Assembly: GCF_022846255.1 (NCBI RefSeq)
Contig: NZ_AP025682.1
DNA from: Escherichia coli
GTDB lineage: Bacteria > Pseudomonadota > Gammaproteobacteria > Enterobacterales > Enterobacteriaceae
DNA length: 64,000 bases
Direction: 5' to 3' (one strand)
Positions 20,781 through 31,934 of this stretch are shown in pieces (position 1 is the first letter of the stretch; every line of letters starts with the position of its first letter). Below the pieces are notes generated by a model. That model had not been told where the DNA came from and ran no database searches. It saw nothing but the letters and a program-made list of their open reading frames with translations. The position numbers and the translations under genes are program-made.

Positions 20781-22436
20781 ATGACTCATCTTCCCCACTG
20801 GTGGCAAAACGGCGTTATCTACCAGATTTATCCAAAGAGTTTTCAGGACACCACGGGTAGCGGCACCGGCGATTTACGTGGCGTTATCCAACGCCTGGAC
20901 TATCTGCATAAACTGGGCGTTGATGCCATCTGGCTAACCCCCTTTTATGTCTCTCCCCAGGTCGATAACGGTTACGACGTAGCGAATTATACGGCGATTG
21001 ATCCCACCTATGGCACGCTGGACGATTTTGACGAACTGGTGACACAGGCAAAATCGCGTGGGATTCGTATCATTCTCGATATGGTGTTTAACCATACCTC
21101 TACCCAACATGCCTGGTTTCGCGAGGCGCTGAACAAAGAAAGCCCTTACCGCCAGTTTTATATCTGGCGCGATGGAGAACCAGAAACGCCACCGAACAAC
21201 TGGCGTTCAAAATTCGGTGGTAGTGCGTGGCGCTGGCATGCAGAAAGCGAACAGTACTATTTGCATCTCTTTGCACCAGAACAGGCGGATCTCAACTGGG
21301 AGAATCCAGCGGTACGCGCAGAGCTGAAAAAAGTCTGTGAGTTCTGGGCCGATCGTGGGGTCGACGGGTTGCGCCTGGATGTGGTGAATCTGATCTCCAA
21401 AGATCCGCGTTACCCTGAAGACCTGGATGGCGACGGGCGTCGCTTCTATACCGACGGGCCACGAGCACACGAGTTTTTGCACGAGATGAACCGCGATGTG
21501 TTTACGCCACGCGGGTTAATGACCGTAGGTGAAATGTCCTCCACCAGCCTTGAGCATTGCCAGCGATACGCGGCACTGACAGGCAGTGAATTGTCGATGA
21601 CCTTTAATTTTCATCACCTGAAGGTCGATTATCCCGGAGGTGAAAAATGGACGCTGGCTAAACCTGACTTTGTGGCGTTGAAAACATTGTTCCGCCACTG
21701 GCAACAAGGAATGCACAACGTGGCATGGAATGCCTTGTTCTGGTGTAACCACGATCAGCCGCGCATTGTTTCTCGCTTTGGTGATGAAGGTGAATACCGC
21801 GTGCCTGCGGCAAAAATGCTGGCGATGGTGCTGCATGGCATGCAGGGAACGCCGTATATCTACCAGGGCGAAGAGATTGGCATGACCAACCCACATTTCA
21901 CGCGCATTACTGACTATCGCGACGTGGAGAGCCTCAATATGTTTGCCGAGCTGCGCAACGATGGGCGTGATGCCGACGAGTTATTGGCAATCCTCGCCAG
22001 TAAATCCCGTGACAACAGTCGCACACCCATGCAATGGACCAACGGCGATAATGCCGGGTTTACGGCTGGCGAACCGTGGATTGGCCTGGGCGATAACTAT
22101 CAGGAAATCAACGTAGAAGCAGCGCTGGCCGATGAGTCCTCGGTGTTTTACACCTACCAAAAGTTAATCGCACTGCGTAAGCAAGAAGCCGTCCTGACAT
22201 GGGGCGATTACCAGGATCTGCTGCCAAACAGCCCTGTATTGTGGTGCTATCGCCGTGAGTGGAAGGGGCAAACCTTGCTGGTCATTGCCAACCTTAGCCG
22301 TGAGACCCAACCCTGGCAGCCAGGGAAAATGCTCGGCAACTGGCAGCTTGTGATGCATAACTACGAAGAAGCCTCACCACAACCCTGTACCATGACTTTA
22401 CGGCCTTTTGAGGCTGTCTGGTGGTTACAGAAGTAA
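20781..22436 (+). CDS. treC: Trehalose-6-phosphate hydrolase (GH13)
   Basis: 551 aa from ATG at 20781 (MTHLPHWWQNGVIYQIYPKSF); track ORF starts 49 codons upstream. Confidence 0.93.
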   Translation: MTHLPHWWQNGVIYQIYPKSFQDTTGSGTGDLRGVIQRLDYLHKLGVDAIWLTPFYVSPQVDNGYDVANYTAIDPTYGTLDDFDELVTQAKSRGIRIILDMVFNHTSTQHAWFREALNKESPYRQFYIWRDGEPETPPNNWRSKFGGSAWRWHAESEQYYLHLFAPEQADLNWENPAVRAELKKVCEFWADRGVDGLRLDVVNLISKDPRYPEDLDGDGRRFYTDGPRAHEFLHEMNRDVFTPRGLMTVGEMSSTSLEHCQRYAALTGSELSMTFNFHHLKVDYPGGEKWTLAKPDFVALKTLFRHWQQGMHNVAWNALFWCNHDQPRIVSRFGDEGEYRVPAAKMLAMVLHGMQGTPYIYQGEEIGMTNPHFTRITDYRDVESLNMFAELRNDGRDADELLAILASKSRDNSRTPMQWTNGDNAGFTAGEPWIGLGDNYQEINVEAALADESSVFYTYQKLIALRKQEAVLTWGDYQDLLPNSPVLWCYRREWKGQTLLVIANLSRETQPWQPGKMLGNWQLVMHNYEEASPQPCTMTLRPFEAVWWLQK

Positions 22437-22621
22437 ATCTTCGCTAAGCCCCGGTAATGCCTGTCATTCCGGGGTTTTGCCTGTCAGTATGTTGTTTTTG
22501 TTGATTTTATAATCAAAAAATTCATTAAAAAATTTACATATCGCTGTAGCGCCCGTCATCCGTACGCTCTGCTTTTTACTTTGAGCTACATCAAAAAAAG
22601 TTCAAACATCCTTGATGCAAA

Positions 22622-22669
22622 GCACTATATATAGACTTTAAAATGCGTCCCAACCCAATATGTTGTATT
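22622..22669. promoter_or_regulatory. Two NrdR-box-like palindromes upstream of nrdD
   Basis: gcACTATATATAGact and cCCAATATGTTGTatt, centres 32 bp apart; TATAAT hexamer just downstream. Confidence 0.5.
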
Positions 22670-22829
22670 AATCGACTATAATTGCTACTACAGCTCCCCA
22701 CGAAAAAGGTGCGACGTTGTGGATAAGCGGATGGCGATTGCGGAAAGCACCGGAAAACGAAACGAAAAAACCGGAAAACGCCTTTCCCAATTTCTGTGGA
22801 TAACCTGTTCTTAAAAATATGGAGCGATC

Positions 22830-24968
22830 ATGACACCGCATGTGATGAAACGAGACGGCTGCAAAGTGCCGTTTAAATCAGAGCGCATCAAAGAAGCGAT
22901 TCTGCGTGCAGCTAAAGCAGCGGAAGTCGATGATGCCGATTATTGCGCCACTGTTGCTGCGGTTGTCAGCGAGCAGATGCAGGGCCGCAACCAGGTGGAT
23001 ATCAATGAGATCCAGACCGCAGTTGAAAACCAGCTGATGTCGGGGCCATACAAACAACTGGCTCGTGCTTACATCGAGTACCGTCACGATCGCGACATTG
23101 AACGTGAAAAACGCGGTCGCCTGAACCAGGAGATCCGTGGTCTGGTCGAGCAGACCAACTCCTCGTTACTCAACGAAAACGCCAACAAAGACAGCAAGGT
23201 GATTCCAACCCAGCGCGACCTGCTGGCCGGGATCGTGGCTAAACACTATGCACGCCAGCACCTGCTGCCGCGTGACGTGGTGCAGGCACATGAACGTGGT
23301 GATATTCACTATCACGATCTCGATTACTCACCGTTCTTCCCGATGTTCAACTGCATGTTGATCGACCTGAAAGGCATGCTGACCCAGGGCTTTAAAATGG
23401 GGAACGCCGAGATTGAACCGCCGAAATCGATCTCTACGGCAACCGCGGTAACTGCGCAGATTATTGCTCAGGTCGCCAGCCATATTTATGGCGGCACCAC
23501 CATTAACCGTATCGATGAAGTGCTGGCACCGTTTGTCACCGCCAGCTACAACAAACATCGCAAGACCGCAGAAGAGTGGAACATCCCGGACGCCGAAGGC
23601 TACGCTAACTCTCGTACCATCAAAGAGTGCTACGATGCCTTCCAGTCGCTGGAGTACGAAGTAAACACCCTGCACACCGCCAACGGTCAAACACCGTTTG
23701 TGACCTTTGGTTTTGGTCTGGGCACCAGCTGGGAGTCGCGCCTGATTCAGGAATCTATCCTGCGTAACCGTATCGCCGGCCTCGGTAAAAACCGTAAAAC
23801 GGCGGTGTTCCCGAAACTGGTGTTTGCGATTCGCGATGGCCTGAACCATAAAAAAGGCGATCCGAACTACGACATCAAACAGCTGGCGCTGGAGTGCGCA
23901 AGCAAGCGCATGTATCCGGATATCCTTAACTACGATCAGGTAGTGAAAGTCACCGGTTCGTTTAAAACCCCGATGGGCTGCCGCAGCTTCCTCGGCGTGT
24001 GGGAAAATGAAAACGGCGAGCAGATCCACGATGGTCGTAACAACCTCGGCGTGATCAGCCTGAACCTGCCGCGTATTGCTCTGGAAGCAAAAGGCGATGA
24101 AGCCACCTTCTGGAAGCTGCTGGATGAACGTCTGGTGTTGGCACGTAAGGCGCTGATGACCCGTATCGCTCGTCTCGAAGGCGTGAAAGCGCGCGTAGCC
24201 CCGATCCTCTATATGGAAGGCGCTTGTGGCGTGCGTCTGAATGCTGACGACGACGTTTCTGAAATCTTCAAAAACGGTCGTGCGTCTATTTCGCTGGGTT
24301 ACATCGGCATCCACGAAACCATTAACGCGCTGTTCGGCGGCGAGCATGTTTACGACAACGAGCAGCTGCGCGCGAAAGGTATTGCGATTGTTGAGCGTCT
24401 GCGTCAGGCGGTGGATCAGTGGAAAGAAGAAACTGGCTACGGTTTCAGCCTCTACAGTACACCGAGTGAGAACCTGTGCGACCGCTTCTGCCGTCTCGAT
24501 ACCGCTGAGTTTGGCGTGGTGCCGGGCGTGACCGATAAAGGTTACTACACCAACAGTTTCCACCTCGATGTGGAGAAGAAGGTGAACCCGTACGACAAGA
24601 TCGACTTTGAAGCGCCTTACCCGCCACTGGCGAACGGTGGCTTCATTTGCTATGGCGAGTATCCAAACATTCAGCACAACCTGAAGGCGCTGGAAGATGT
24701 CTGGGATTACAGCTATCAGCATGTACCGTATTACGGCACCAACACACCGATCGATGAATGCTACGAGTGTGGCTTTACCGGCGAATTTGAGTGCACCAGC
24801 AAAGGCTTCACTTGTCCGAAATGTGGTAACCATGACACCTCCCGTGTGTCGGTGACTCGCCGCGTGTGCGGATATTTAGGTAGCCCGGATGCACGTCCGT
24901 TTAACGCTGGTAAGCAGGAAGAAGTTAAGCGCCGCGTTAAACATTTGGGAAATGGGCAGATAGGTTAA
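22830..24968 (+). CDS. nrdD: Anaerobic ribonucleoside-triphosphate reductase
   Basis: 712-aa ORF with C-terminal Zn-finger cysteines and glycyl-radical motif RVCGYLG. Confidence 0.95.
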   Translation: MTPHVMKRDGCKVPFKSERIKEAILRAAKAAEVDDADYCATVAAVVSEQMQGRNQVDINEIQTAVENQLMSGPYKQLARAYIEYRHDRDIEREKRGRLNQEIRGLVEQTNSSLLNENANKDSKVIPTQRDLLAGIVAKHYARQHLLPRDVVQAHERGDIHYHDLDYSPFFPMFNCMLIDLKGMLTQGFKMGNAEIEPPKSISTATAVTAQIIAQVASHIYGGTTINRIDEVLAPFVTASYNKHRKTAEEWNIPDAEGYANSRTIKECYDAFQSLEYEVNTLHTANGQTPFVTFGFGLGTSWESRLIQESILRNRIAGLGKNRKTAVFPKLVFAIRDGLNHKKGDPNYDIKQLALECASKRMYPDILNYDQVVKVTGSFKTPMGCRSFLGVWENENGEQIHDGRNNLGVISLNLPRIALEAKGDEATFWKLLDERLVLARKALMTRIARLEGVKARVAPILYMEGACGVRLNADDDVSEIFKNGRASISLGYIGIHETINALFGGEHVYDNEQLRAKGIAIVERLRQAVDQWKEETGYGFSLYSTPSENLCDRFCRLDTAEFGVVPGVTDKGYYTNSFHLDVEKKVNPYDKIDFEAPYPPLANGGFICYGEYPNIQHNLKALEDVWDYSYQHVPYYGTNTPIDECYECGFTGEFECTSKGFTCPKCGNHDTSRVSVTRRVCGYLGSPDARPFNAGKQEEVKRRVKHLGNGQIG

Positions 24969-24990
24969 TCTTCACTCTGTGTTAAGCAAA

Positions 24991-25115
<125 letters not shown>

Positions 25116-25125
25116 AGGTGAAATA

Positions 25126-25590
25126 ATGAACTATCATCAGTACTATCCTGTCGACATCGTCAACGGCCCCGGCACTCGCTGCACCCTGTTTGTCTCCGGG
25201 TGTGTTCATGAATGCCCCGGTTGCTATAACAAAAGCACCTGGCGGGTAAATTCCGGTCAGCCATTTACCAAAGCAATGGAAGACCAGATCATTAACGATC
25301 TGAATGACACTCGCATCAAACGCCAGGGTATTTCCCTCTCCGGCGGCGATCCGCTGCATCCGCAAAACGTGCCGGATATTCTGAAACTGGTACAACGCAT
25401 CCGCGCCGAGTGTCCGGGTAAAGACATCTGGGTGTGGACAGGCTATAAACTCGACGAACTCAACGCTGCGCAAATGCAGGTTGTTGATTTGATTAACGTG
25501 CTGGTCGACGGCAAATTTGTGCAGGATTTAAAAGACCCTTCCCTGATCTGGCGCGGCAGCAGCAATCAGGTGGTGCATCATTTGCGATGA
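25126..25590 (+). CDS. nrdG: Anaerobic RNR activating protein (radical SAM)
   Basis: 154-aa ORF with CVHECPGC radical-SAM cysteine motif. Confidence 0.94.
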   Translation: MNYHQYYPVDIVNGPGTRCTLFVSGCVHECPGCYNKSTWRVNSGQPFTKAMEDQIINDLNDTRIKRQGISLSGGDPLHPQNVPDILKLVQRIRAECPGKDIWVWTGYKLDELNAAQMQVVDLINVLVDGKFVQDLKDPSLIWRGSSNQVVHHLR

Positions 25591-25594
25591 TAAG

Positions 25595-25626
25595 TTCCCT
25601 GTTACCTGAGTGCAGGCAACAGGGAA
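25595..25626. terminator. Hairpin between convergent nrdG and cybC (no clear U-tract)
   Basis: ttccctgtt...aacagggaa 9-bp stem with inner cctg/cagg pairing. Confidence 0.4.
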
Positions 25627-25634
25627 TTAAAGAA

Positions 25635-26024
<390 letters not shown>

Positions 26025-26203
26025 TCACTTCCTTTTTTATTTACACTTCATCCTTCACACTGCCTCATCGACGGCTACGCTCATTCGCCCGAGTCACGTA
26101 CTACGAGTACGCTCCCCGGCTCTCATTCACTTTCCGTCTCGATGCAGTGCGAATGATTTTGTGTAATTTTTTAGTTTATAGCGCGGCAGGTCGCGCCAGT
26201 TTT

Positions 26204-27556
26204 TTACTGCCCGGCGATTTTCATCTCCGGCAACAGCACAGAACCACACTGTATATTACTGCGTGTTTCAATATCGTTACCGACGGTGACAATATTGCGC
26301 CACATATCTTTTAAATTACCAGCGATGGTGATTTCGCTCACCGGATACTGAATCTCGCCATTCTCTACCCAGAAGCCCGCTGCACCACGGGAATAATCAC
26401 CGGTAATGGCACTCACGCCCTGGCCCATCAATTCCGTCACCACCAGCCCAGTGCCCATCTCTTTGAGCATCTGCTCGAAGCTTAGACCTTGTCCGGCAAT
26501 GCGCCAGTTGTGAATACCGCCCGCATGTCCGGTGCTTTTCAGCCCCAATTTGCGCGCCGAATAGCTGGTCAGCAGCCACTGAGTCAGGATGCCATCTTTG
26601 ACGATATCGCGGCGCTCGGTGCGCACACCTTCGCTGTCGAATGGTGTAGATGCCAGCCCTTTCAGCAGATGCGGATGTTCTTCAATAGTCAGCCAGTCCG
26701 GCAGAATTTGTTTACCGAGCGAGTCGAGCAAGAAGGTCGATTTACGGTAGACCGCACCACCCGCTATCGCCCCCACCAAATGACCAAACAACCCTGTTGC
26801 CACTTCATTGGCAAAAATCACCGGCGCTTTCATGGTAGAAAGTTTACGCGGTGACAGGCGCGATAAGGTACGGCGAGCACAGTCGGCCCCAACCCACTCT
26901 GGCGTTTGTAGATCGCTCATCGCACGCCCAATGGTGTAGGCATAATCGCGCTCCATATCGCCATTTTCTTCGGCGATTACACAACTGGAGAGCGAATGAC
27001 GCGTTGAGCAGTAACCCTGCAACATGCCGTGGCTGTTGCCAAAAACTTTGACACCGTAGTGGCTGTTAAAGCTACCGCCTTCGGTATTGGTGATGCGTTT
27101 GTCCGCCTGCAATGCCGCCTGTTCCGCACGGGCCGCCAGTTCAATGGCTTCATCCGGAGAAACGTCCGCAGGGTGGAACAGGTCAAGATCCGGCGCGTCG
27201 AAAGCCAGCAGTTCTTTGTCTGCCACGCCTGCATACGGATCTGGCGAAGTGTAACGGGCAATATCCAGCGCCGCCTGTACGGTGCGGGCAATGGCCTGCG
27301 GGCTTAAATCGGTAGACGATGCGCTACCTTTACGGTTCTGGTGATAAACGGTGATCCCCAGCGCGCCATCGCTATTGAATTCAACATTCTCCACTTCACC
27401 ATAACGCGTGCTTACGCTAATGCCGGTGGTCTTGCTGACGGCAACTTCTGCACCGTCCGATTTGCCTGAGGCCAACTCCAGCGCAGTCGAAACTGCTTCT
27501 TCCAGAATCTTGCGCTGCGCTTCAACTTGAGAGATTACTTTCATTGCAAGTGCCAT
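26204..27556 (-). CDS. pmbA: Metalloprotease PmbA/TldE
   Basis: 450-aa ORF recognised as PmbA (TldD/PmbA family). Confidence 0.92.
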   Translation of the reverse strand: MALAMKVISQVEAQRKILEEAVSTALELASGKSDGAEVAVSKTTGISVSTRYGEVENVEFNSDGALGITVYHQNRKGSASSTDLSPQAIARTVQAALDIARYTSPDPYAGVADKELLAFDAPDLDLFHPADVSPDEAIELAARAEQAALQADKRITNTEGGSFNSHYGVKVFGNSHGMLQGYCSTRHSLSSCVIAEENGDMERDYAYTIGRAMSDLQTPEWVGADCARRTLSRLSPRKLSTMKAPVIFANEVATGLFGHLVGAIAGGAVYRKSTFLLDSLGKQILPDWLTIEEHPHLLKGLASTPFDSEGVRTERRDIVKDGILTQWLLTSYSARKLGLKSTGHAGGIHNWRIAGQGLSFEQMLKEMGTGLVVTELMGQGVSAITGDYSRGAAGFWVENGEIQYPVSEITIAGNLKDMWRNIVTVGNDIETRSNIQCGSVLLPEMKIAGQ

Positions 27557-27649
27557 AATGTAGAGAGTTTCTCTGAAGTCTAACAGAGAACCGTTTTTCA
27601 GTGCGCATCTTAACTGGTAACATTAGCCTCTTTTTTTAAGGAGCCTGAG

Positions 27650-28201
27650 ATGACTAAGCAGCCCGAAGACTGGCTCGACGACGTTCCCGGTGATGACATC
27701 GAAGACGAAGACGATGAAATTATCTGGGTCAGTAAAAGTGAAATTAAACGTGATGCCGAGGAGCTAAAACGCCTTGGCGCGGAAATTGTTGATCTGGGGA
27801 AAAACGCGCTGGATAAGATCCCGTTAGATGCGGATCTGCGCGCGGCTATTGAGCTCGCCCAGCGTATTAAGATGGAAGGTCGCCGCCGCCAGTTGCAGCT
27901 CATCGGTAAGATGCTGCGCCAGCGCGACGTAGAACCGATCCGTCAGGCGCTGGATAAGCTGAAAAACCGCCACAACCAGCAAGTGGTGTTGTTCCATAAA
28001 CTGGAAAACCTGCGCGATCGTCTGATCGAGCAAGGTGATGACGCCATCGCTGAAGTATTGAATCTGTGGCCCGATGCCGATCGTCAGCAACTGCGTACTC
28101 TGATCCGTAACGCGAAGAAAGAGAAAGAAGGGAATAAGCCGCCGAAATCCGCGCGCCAGATTTTCCAGTATCTGCGTGAGTTAGCGGAAAACGAAGGGTA
28201 A
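27650..28201 (+). CDS. yjgA: Ribosome-associated protein YjgA/DarP (DUF615)
   Basis: 183-aa ORF with acidic N-terminus and basic C-terminus; AAGGAG RBS. Confidence 0.9.
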   Translation: MTKQPEDWLDDVPGDDIEDEDDEIIWVSKSEIKRDAEELKRLGAEIVDLGKNALDKIPLDADLRAAIELAQRIKMEGRRRQLQLIGKMLRQRDVEPIRQALDKLKNRHNQQVVLFHKLENLRDRLIEQGDDAIAEVLNLWPDADRQQLRTLIRNAKKEKEGNKPPKSARQIFQYLRELAENEG

Positions 28202-28228
28202 TTTTCGTTGTTGATGTGAGTATGGTTT

Positions 28229-28332
28229 GCCGGATGCGGTGCACCTGTAGGCCTGATAAGACGCATCAAGCGTCGCATCAGGCACTATGCTCAAATGCCG
28301 GATGCGACGTGAACGCCTTATCCGGCCTACAC
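28229..28332. repeat. REP/BIME cluster
   Basis: tgccggatgcg...gtaggcctgataagacgcatcaagcgtcgcatcaggc...tgccggatgcgacgtgaacgccttatccggcctaca. Confidence 0.8.
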
Positions 28333-28358
28333 ACACTCTATCAGGCTGAGGCTGTGAA

Positions 28359-29732
28359 TTACTGCGCAGCTTCCGCTTTCTTCGCCAGACCATCCAGCAG
28401 TTTCTGATGGATCCCACCAAAACCGCCGTTGCTCATCACCAGAATGTGATCGCCCGGCTGAGCGGTTTTCACCACCATATCTGCCAGCGTATCCACATCG
28501 CCGCTCCAGTGTGCAGGCTGAACGCAGGCTTCTGCCACTTCTGCCACCTGCCACGGAATATGCGCCGGTTGCAGCAGGAAGACTTCATCGGCACGACCTA
28601 ATGAAGGTGCCAGATCGTCTTTGCAGATCCCCATTTTCATGGTGTTTGAGCGCGGTTCCAGCACAGCAATAATGCGCGCCGTACCGCCAACTTTGCCGCG
28701 CAGCGCCGCAAGCGTTGCCAGAATCGCCGTCGGGTGATGGGCAAAATCATCATACACCGTCACGCCATTTGCTTCTCCGCGCAACTCCAGACGACGACGA
28801 GCGTTAATAAACGAACCCAGCGCGTTAGCAGCATCTGCCGGCGCTACGCCAACATGACGGGCCGCCGCAATCGCCATCAGGCCGTTGTGCATATTATGTT
28901 CGCCCACCAGCGACCATTTCACTTCGCCCACTTTTTCGCCATCCAGCAAGACTTCCCATTCGGAAGCGTCAGTGGTCAGCTTTTTCGCCTGCCAGTGACC
29001 TTGCTCGCCCACCAGCTCCTGCTCGCTCCAACAGCCCATCGCCATGGTCTGTTTCAGGTTGATGTCGTTTTCCGGCCAGATAATACGGCCCTGCCCCGGA
29101 ACGATACGCACCAGATGGTGGAACTGTTTCTGGATCGCTTTCAGGTCGTCAAAGATATCGGCGTGATCGAACTCAAGGTTGTTGAGGATCAGCGTACGCG
29201 GGCAGTAATGGACAAATTTAGAGCGTTTGTCGAAGAAGGCGCAGTCGTACTCATCCGCTTCGATAACAAAGAAGTTGCTTTCGCCCAGACGCGCCGAAAC
29301 CTCAAAGTTCCCCGGCACACCGCCGATCACAAATCCCGGTTTGTAACCGCATTGTTCCAGAATCCAGGTCGCCATTCCCGCCGTGGTGGTTTTGCCGTGT
29401 GTACCGGCAACGGCCAGCACCCAGCGGTCGCGCAGCACAAAATCGTGCAGCCACTGCGGACCTGACATATAAGGGATGTTTTTTTCCAGTACCGCTTCCA
29501 CACACGGATTTCCACGGGTCATGGCGTTACCAATAATCACCAGATCCGGCTGTGGATCGAGCTGGCTGGCATCGTAACCCTGAATCAGTTCAATGCCTTG
29601 CTTCTCAAGTAAGGTGCTCATCGGCGGATACACATTGGCGTCCGAACCCGTTACTTCATGGCCTAACTGGCGCGCCAGCATCGCCAGACCGCCCATAAAC
29701 GTGCCACAAATTCCTAAAATATGAATGCGCAT
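28359..29732 (-). CDS. mpl: UDP-N-acetylmuramate:L-alanyl-gamma-D-glutamyl-meso-diaminopimelate ligase
   Basis: 457-aa Mur-ligase-family ORF (GTHGKTTT P-loop). Confidence 0.93.
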   Translation of the reverse strand: MRIHILGICGTFMGGLAMLARQLGHEVTGSDANVYPPMSTLLEKQGIELIQGYDASQLDPQPDLVIIGNAMTRGNPCVEAVLEKNIPYMSGPQWLHDFVLRDRWVLAVAGTHGKTTTAGMATWILEQCGYKPGFVIGGVPGNFEVSARLGESNFFVIEADEYDCAFFDKRSKFVHYCPRTLILNNLEFDHADIFDDLKAIQKQFHHLVRIVPGQGRIIWPENDINLKQTMAMGCWSEQELVGEQGHWQAKKLTTDASEWEVLLDGEKVGEVKWSLVGEHNMHNGLMAIAAARHVGVAPADAANALGSFINARRRLELRGEANGVTVYDDFAHHPTAILATLAALRGKVGGTARIIAVLEPRSNTMKMGICKDDLAPSLGRADEVFLLQPAHIPWQVAEVAEACVQPAHWSGDVDTLADMVVKTAQPGDHILVMSNGGFGGIHQKLLDGLAKKAEAAQ

Positions 29733-29907
29733 ACGTCACTATCCTTTTTTAATCTGGCGCTCATTTTACGCATATGTCGGGCAAGTGAGAAACGCATTTC
29801 AGGATAATCCGTAATTTGCTGGCGCGATTCACCTGAGCGCAACATTGGGATTATTTGTTAAGATTGTTGCGGTCGCTTTACTCCATAAACATTGCAGGGA
29901 AAGTTTT

Positions 29908-30906
29908 ATGAAAACGTTAGGTGAATTTATTGTCGAAAAGCAGCACGAGTTTTCTCATGCTACCGGTGAGCTCACTGCTTTGCTGTCGGCAATAAAACTG
30001 GGCGCCAAGATTATCCATCGCGATATCAACAAAGCAGGACTGGTTGATATCCTGGGTGCCAGCGGTGCTGAGAACGTGCAGGGCGAGGTTCAGCAGAAAC
30101 TCGACCTGTTCGCTAATGAGAAACTGAAAGCCGCACTGAAAGCACGCGATATCGTTGCGGGCATTGCCTCTGAAGAAGAAGATGAGATTGTCGTCTTTGA
30201 AGGCTGTGAACACGCAAAATACGTGGTGCTGATGGACCCACTGGATGGCTCGTCCAACATCGATGTTAACGTCTCTGTCGGTACCATTTTCTCTATCTAC
30301 CGCCGCGTTACGCCTGTTGGCACGCCGGTAACGGAAGAAGATTTCCTCCAGCCTGGTAACAAACAGGTTGCGGCAGGTTACGTGGTATACGGCTCCTCTA
30401 CTATGCTGGTTTACACCACCGGATGCGGTGTTCACGCCTTTACTTATGATCCTTCGCTGGGTGTTTTCTGCCTGTGCCAGGAACGGATGCGCTTCCCGGA
30501 GAAAGGCAAAACCTACTCCATCAACGAAGGAAACTACATTAAGTTTCCGAACGGGGTGAAGAAGTACATTAAATTCTGCCAGGAAGAAGATAAATCCACC
30601 AACCGCCCGTATACCTCACGTTATATCGGTTCACTGGTCGCGGATTTCCACCGTAACCTGCTGAAAGGCGGTATTTATCTCTACCCAAGCACCGCCAGCC
30701 ACCCGGACGGTAAACTACGTTTACTGTATGAGTGCAACCCGATGGCATTCCTGGCGGAACAAGCGGGCGGTAAAGCGAGCGATGGCAAAGAGCGTATTCT
30801 GGATATTATCCCGGAAACCCTGCACCAGCGCCGTTCGTTCTTTGTCGGCAACGACCATATGGTTGAAGATGTCGAACGCTTTATCCGTGAGTTCCCGGAC
30901 GCGTAA
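29908..30906 (+). CDS. fbp: Fructose-1,6-bisphosphatase class 1
   Basis: 332 aa from ATG at 29908 ([12 protein letters not shown]...); track ORF begins 21 codons upstream. Confidence 0.94.
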
Positions 30907-30938
30907 GCTCCTGCGCCTCTCCACACGGAGAGGCGTTT

Positions 30939-31934
30939 TTATCGCTGCGCAATGTTGACTCTTGTCACTGGCGAACTCTGACGATTCTCCCACAGCACCG
31001 TTAATCCACGCTGTAATGCTATAAAAATAAACAACAAAATACCGATGGCGATTTTCGTCCACCAGGAACTCAGCGTGCCATCAAAGTTTATGTAAGTCTG
31101 AATCAGTCCCTGAATCGCCACGCCAAAAAGCGTCCCTAATACCGTTCCAACGCCACCACTCAAAAGCGTACCGCCAATTACCACTGAGGCGATAGCATCC
31201 AGTTCCACACCTACGCCCGCCAGTGCATATCCGGCCTGGGTATAAATCGAGAAGACAATCCCCGCCAGCGTTGCCAGTCCGGTGGAGAGCATATAAATGC
31301 GAATAGTGGTGCTGCGAGTGGAAATCCCCATCAGGTTTGCCGACGTTGCGTTGCCGCCAATGGCGTATACCTGATTACCAAAACGGGTACGATGCGCGAG
31401 TAATATGCCGATAACCACCACCGCCAGCATCAGTAGTCCCATCGCACTTAAGCGACCACCGCCAGGGATTTTCCACGCAAGGCTTGAGAGCGTGTCATAA
31501 ACAGGATGGTTTATCGGGATCGACTCTTCCGAAACGAGATAGCTGACGCCACGCAAAAAGAACATTCCCGCAAGGGTAATGATAAACGCCGGGATCTTCA
31601 GGGCGTCAATCAGAAGCCCCATAAATGCGCCGAAGGCACAGCCCATCACCAACACCAGCGGAAACGCCAGCAGCGGCGAGAGGCCGAAATCGCCAATCAC
31701 TTTTGCCAGAAACACGCCGGTAAAGGCGATCACCGAACCGACGGAGAGATCGATCCCACCGGAGAGGATCACAAAGGTCATGCCAACGGCGATTATCCCA
31801 AGAAAGGCATTATCGGTCAGGATATTGCAGATCACTCTTGTGGAAGCAAAACCGGGAAACTGGGTCAGACAGTAGATATAACCCAACACAAAGACGCCGA
31901 TGGTGATCATCAGTGGCAAATTACGTTTTATCAC
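30939..31934 (-). CDS. yjfF: ABC transporter permease (galactofuranose transporter)
   Basis: 331-aa polytopic ORF of the ribose-type ABC permease family; overlaps ytfT by 14 bp. Confidence 0.9.
   Translation of the reverse strand: MIKRNLPLMITIGVFVLGYIYCLTQFPGFASTRVICNILTDNAFLGIIAVGMTFVILSGGIDLSVGSVIAFTGVFLAKVIGDFGLSPLLAFPLVLVMGCAFGAFMGLLIDALKIPAFIITLAGMFFLRGVSYLVSEESIPINHPVYDTLSSLAWKIPGGGRLSAMGLLMLAVVVIGILLAHRTRFGNQVYAIGGNATSANLMGISTRSTTIRIYMLSTGLATLAGIVFSIYTQAGYALAGVGVELDAIASVVIGGTLLSGGVGTVLGTLFGVAIQGLIQTYINFDGTLSSWWTKIAIGILLFIFIALQRGLTVLWENRQSSPVTRVNIAQR

Noticed and set aside
22501-22516. TTGAT-N6-ATCAA everted/inverted repeat upstream of nrdD as an FNR site
   Set aside because: Canonical FNR sites are TTGAT-N4-ATCAA; the spacing here is 6 bp, so it is not called as a feature.
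23328-24833. 501-aa minus-strand ORF antisense to nrdD
   Set aside because: Fully embedded in nrdD; composition typical of an antisense shadow frame; no independent start signals.
26180-26205. Hairpin gcgcggcaggtcgcgcc + T-run on the plus strand beside the pmbA stop
   Set aside because: The T-run is on the plus strand, where no upstream gene would use it; could not be assigned as a terminator for pmbA or cybC.
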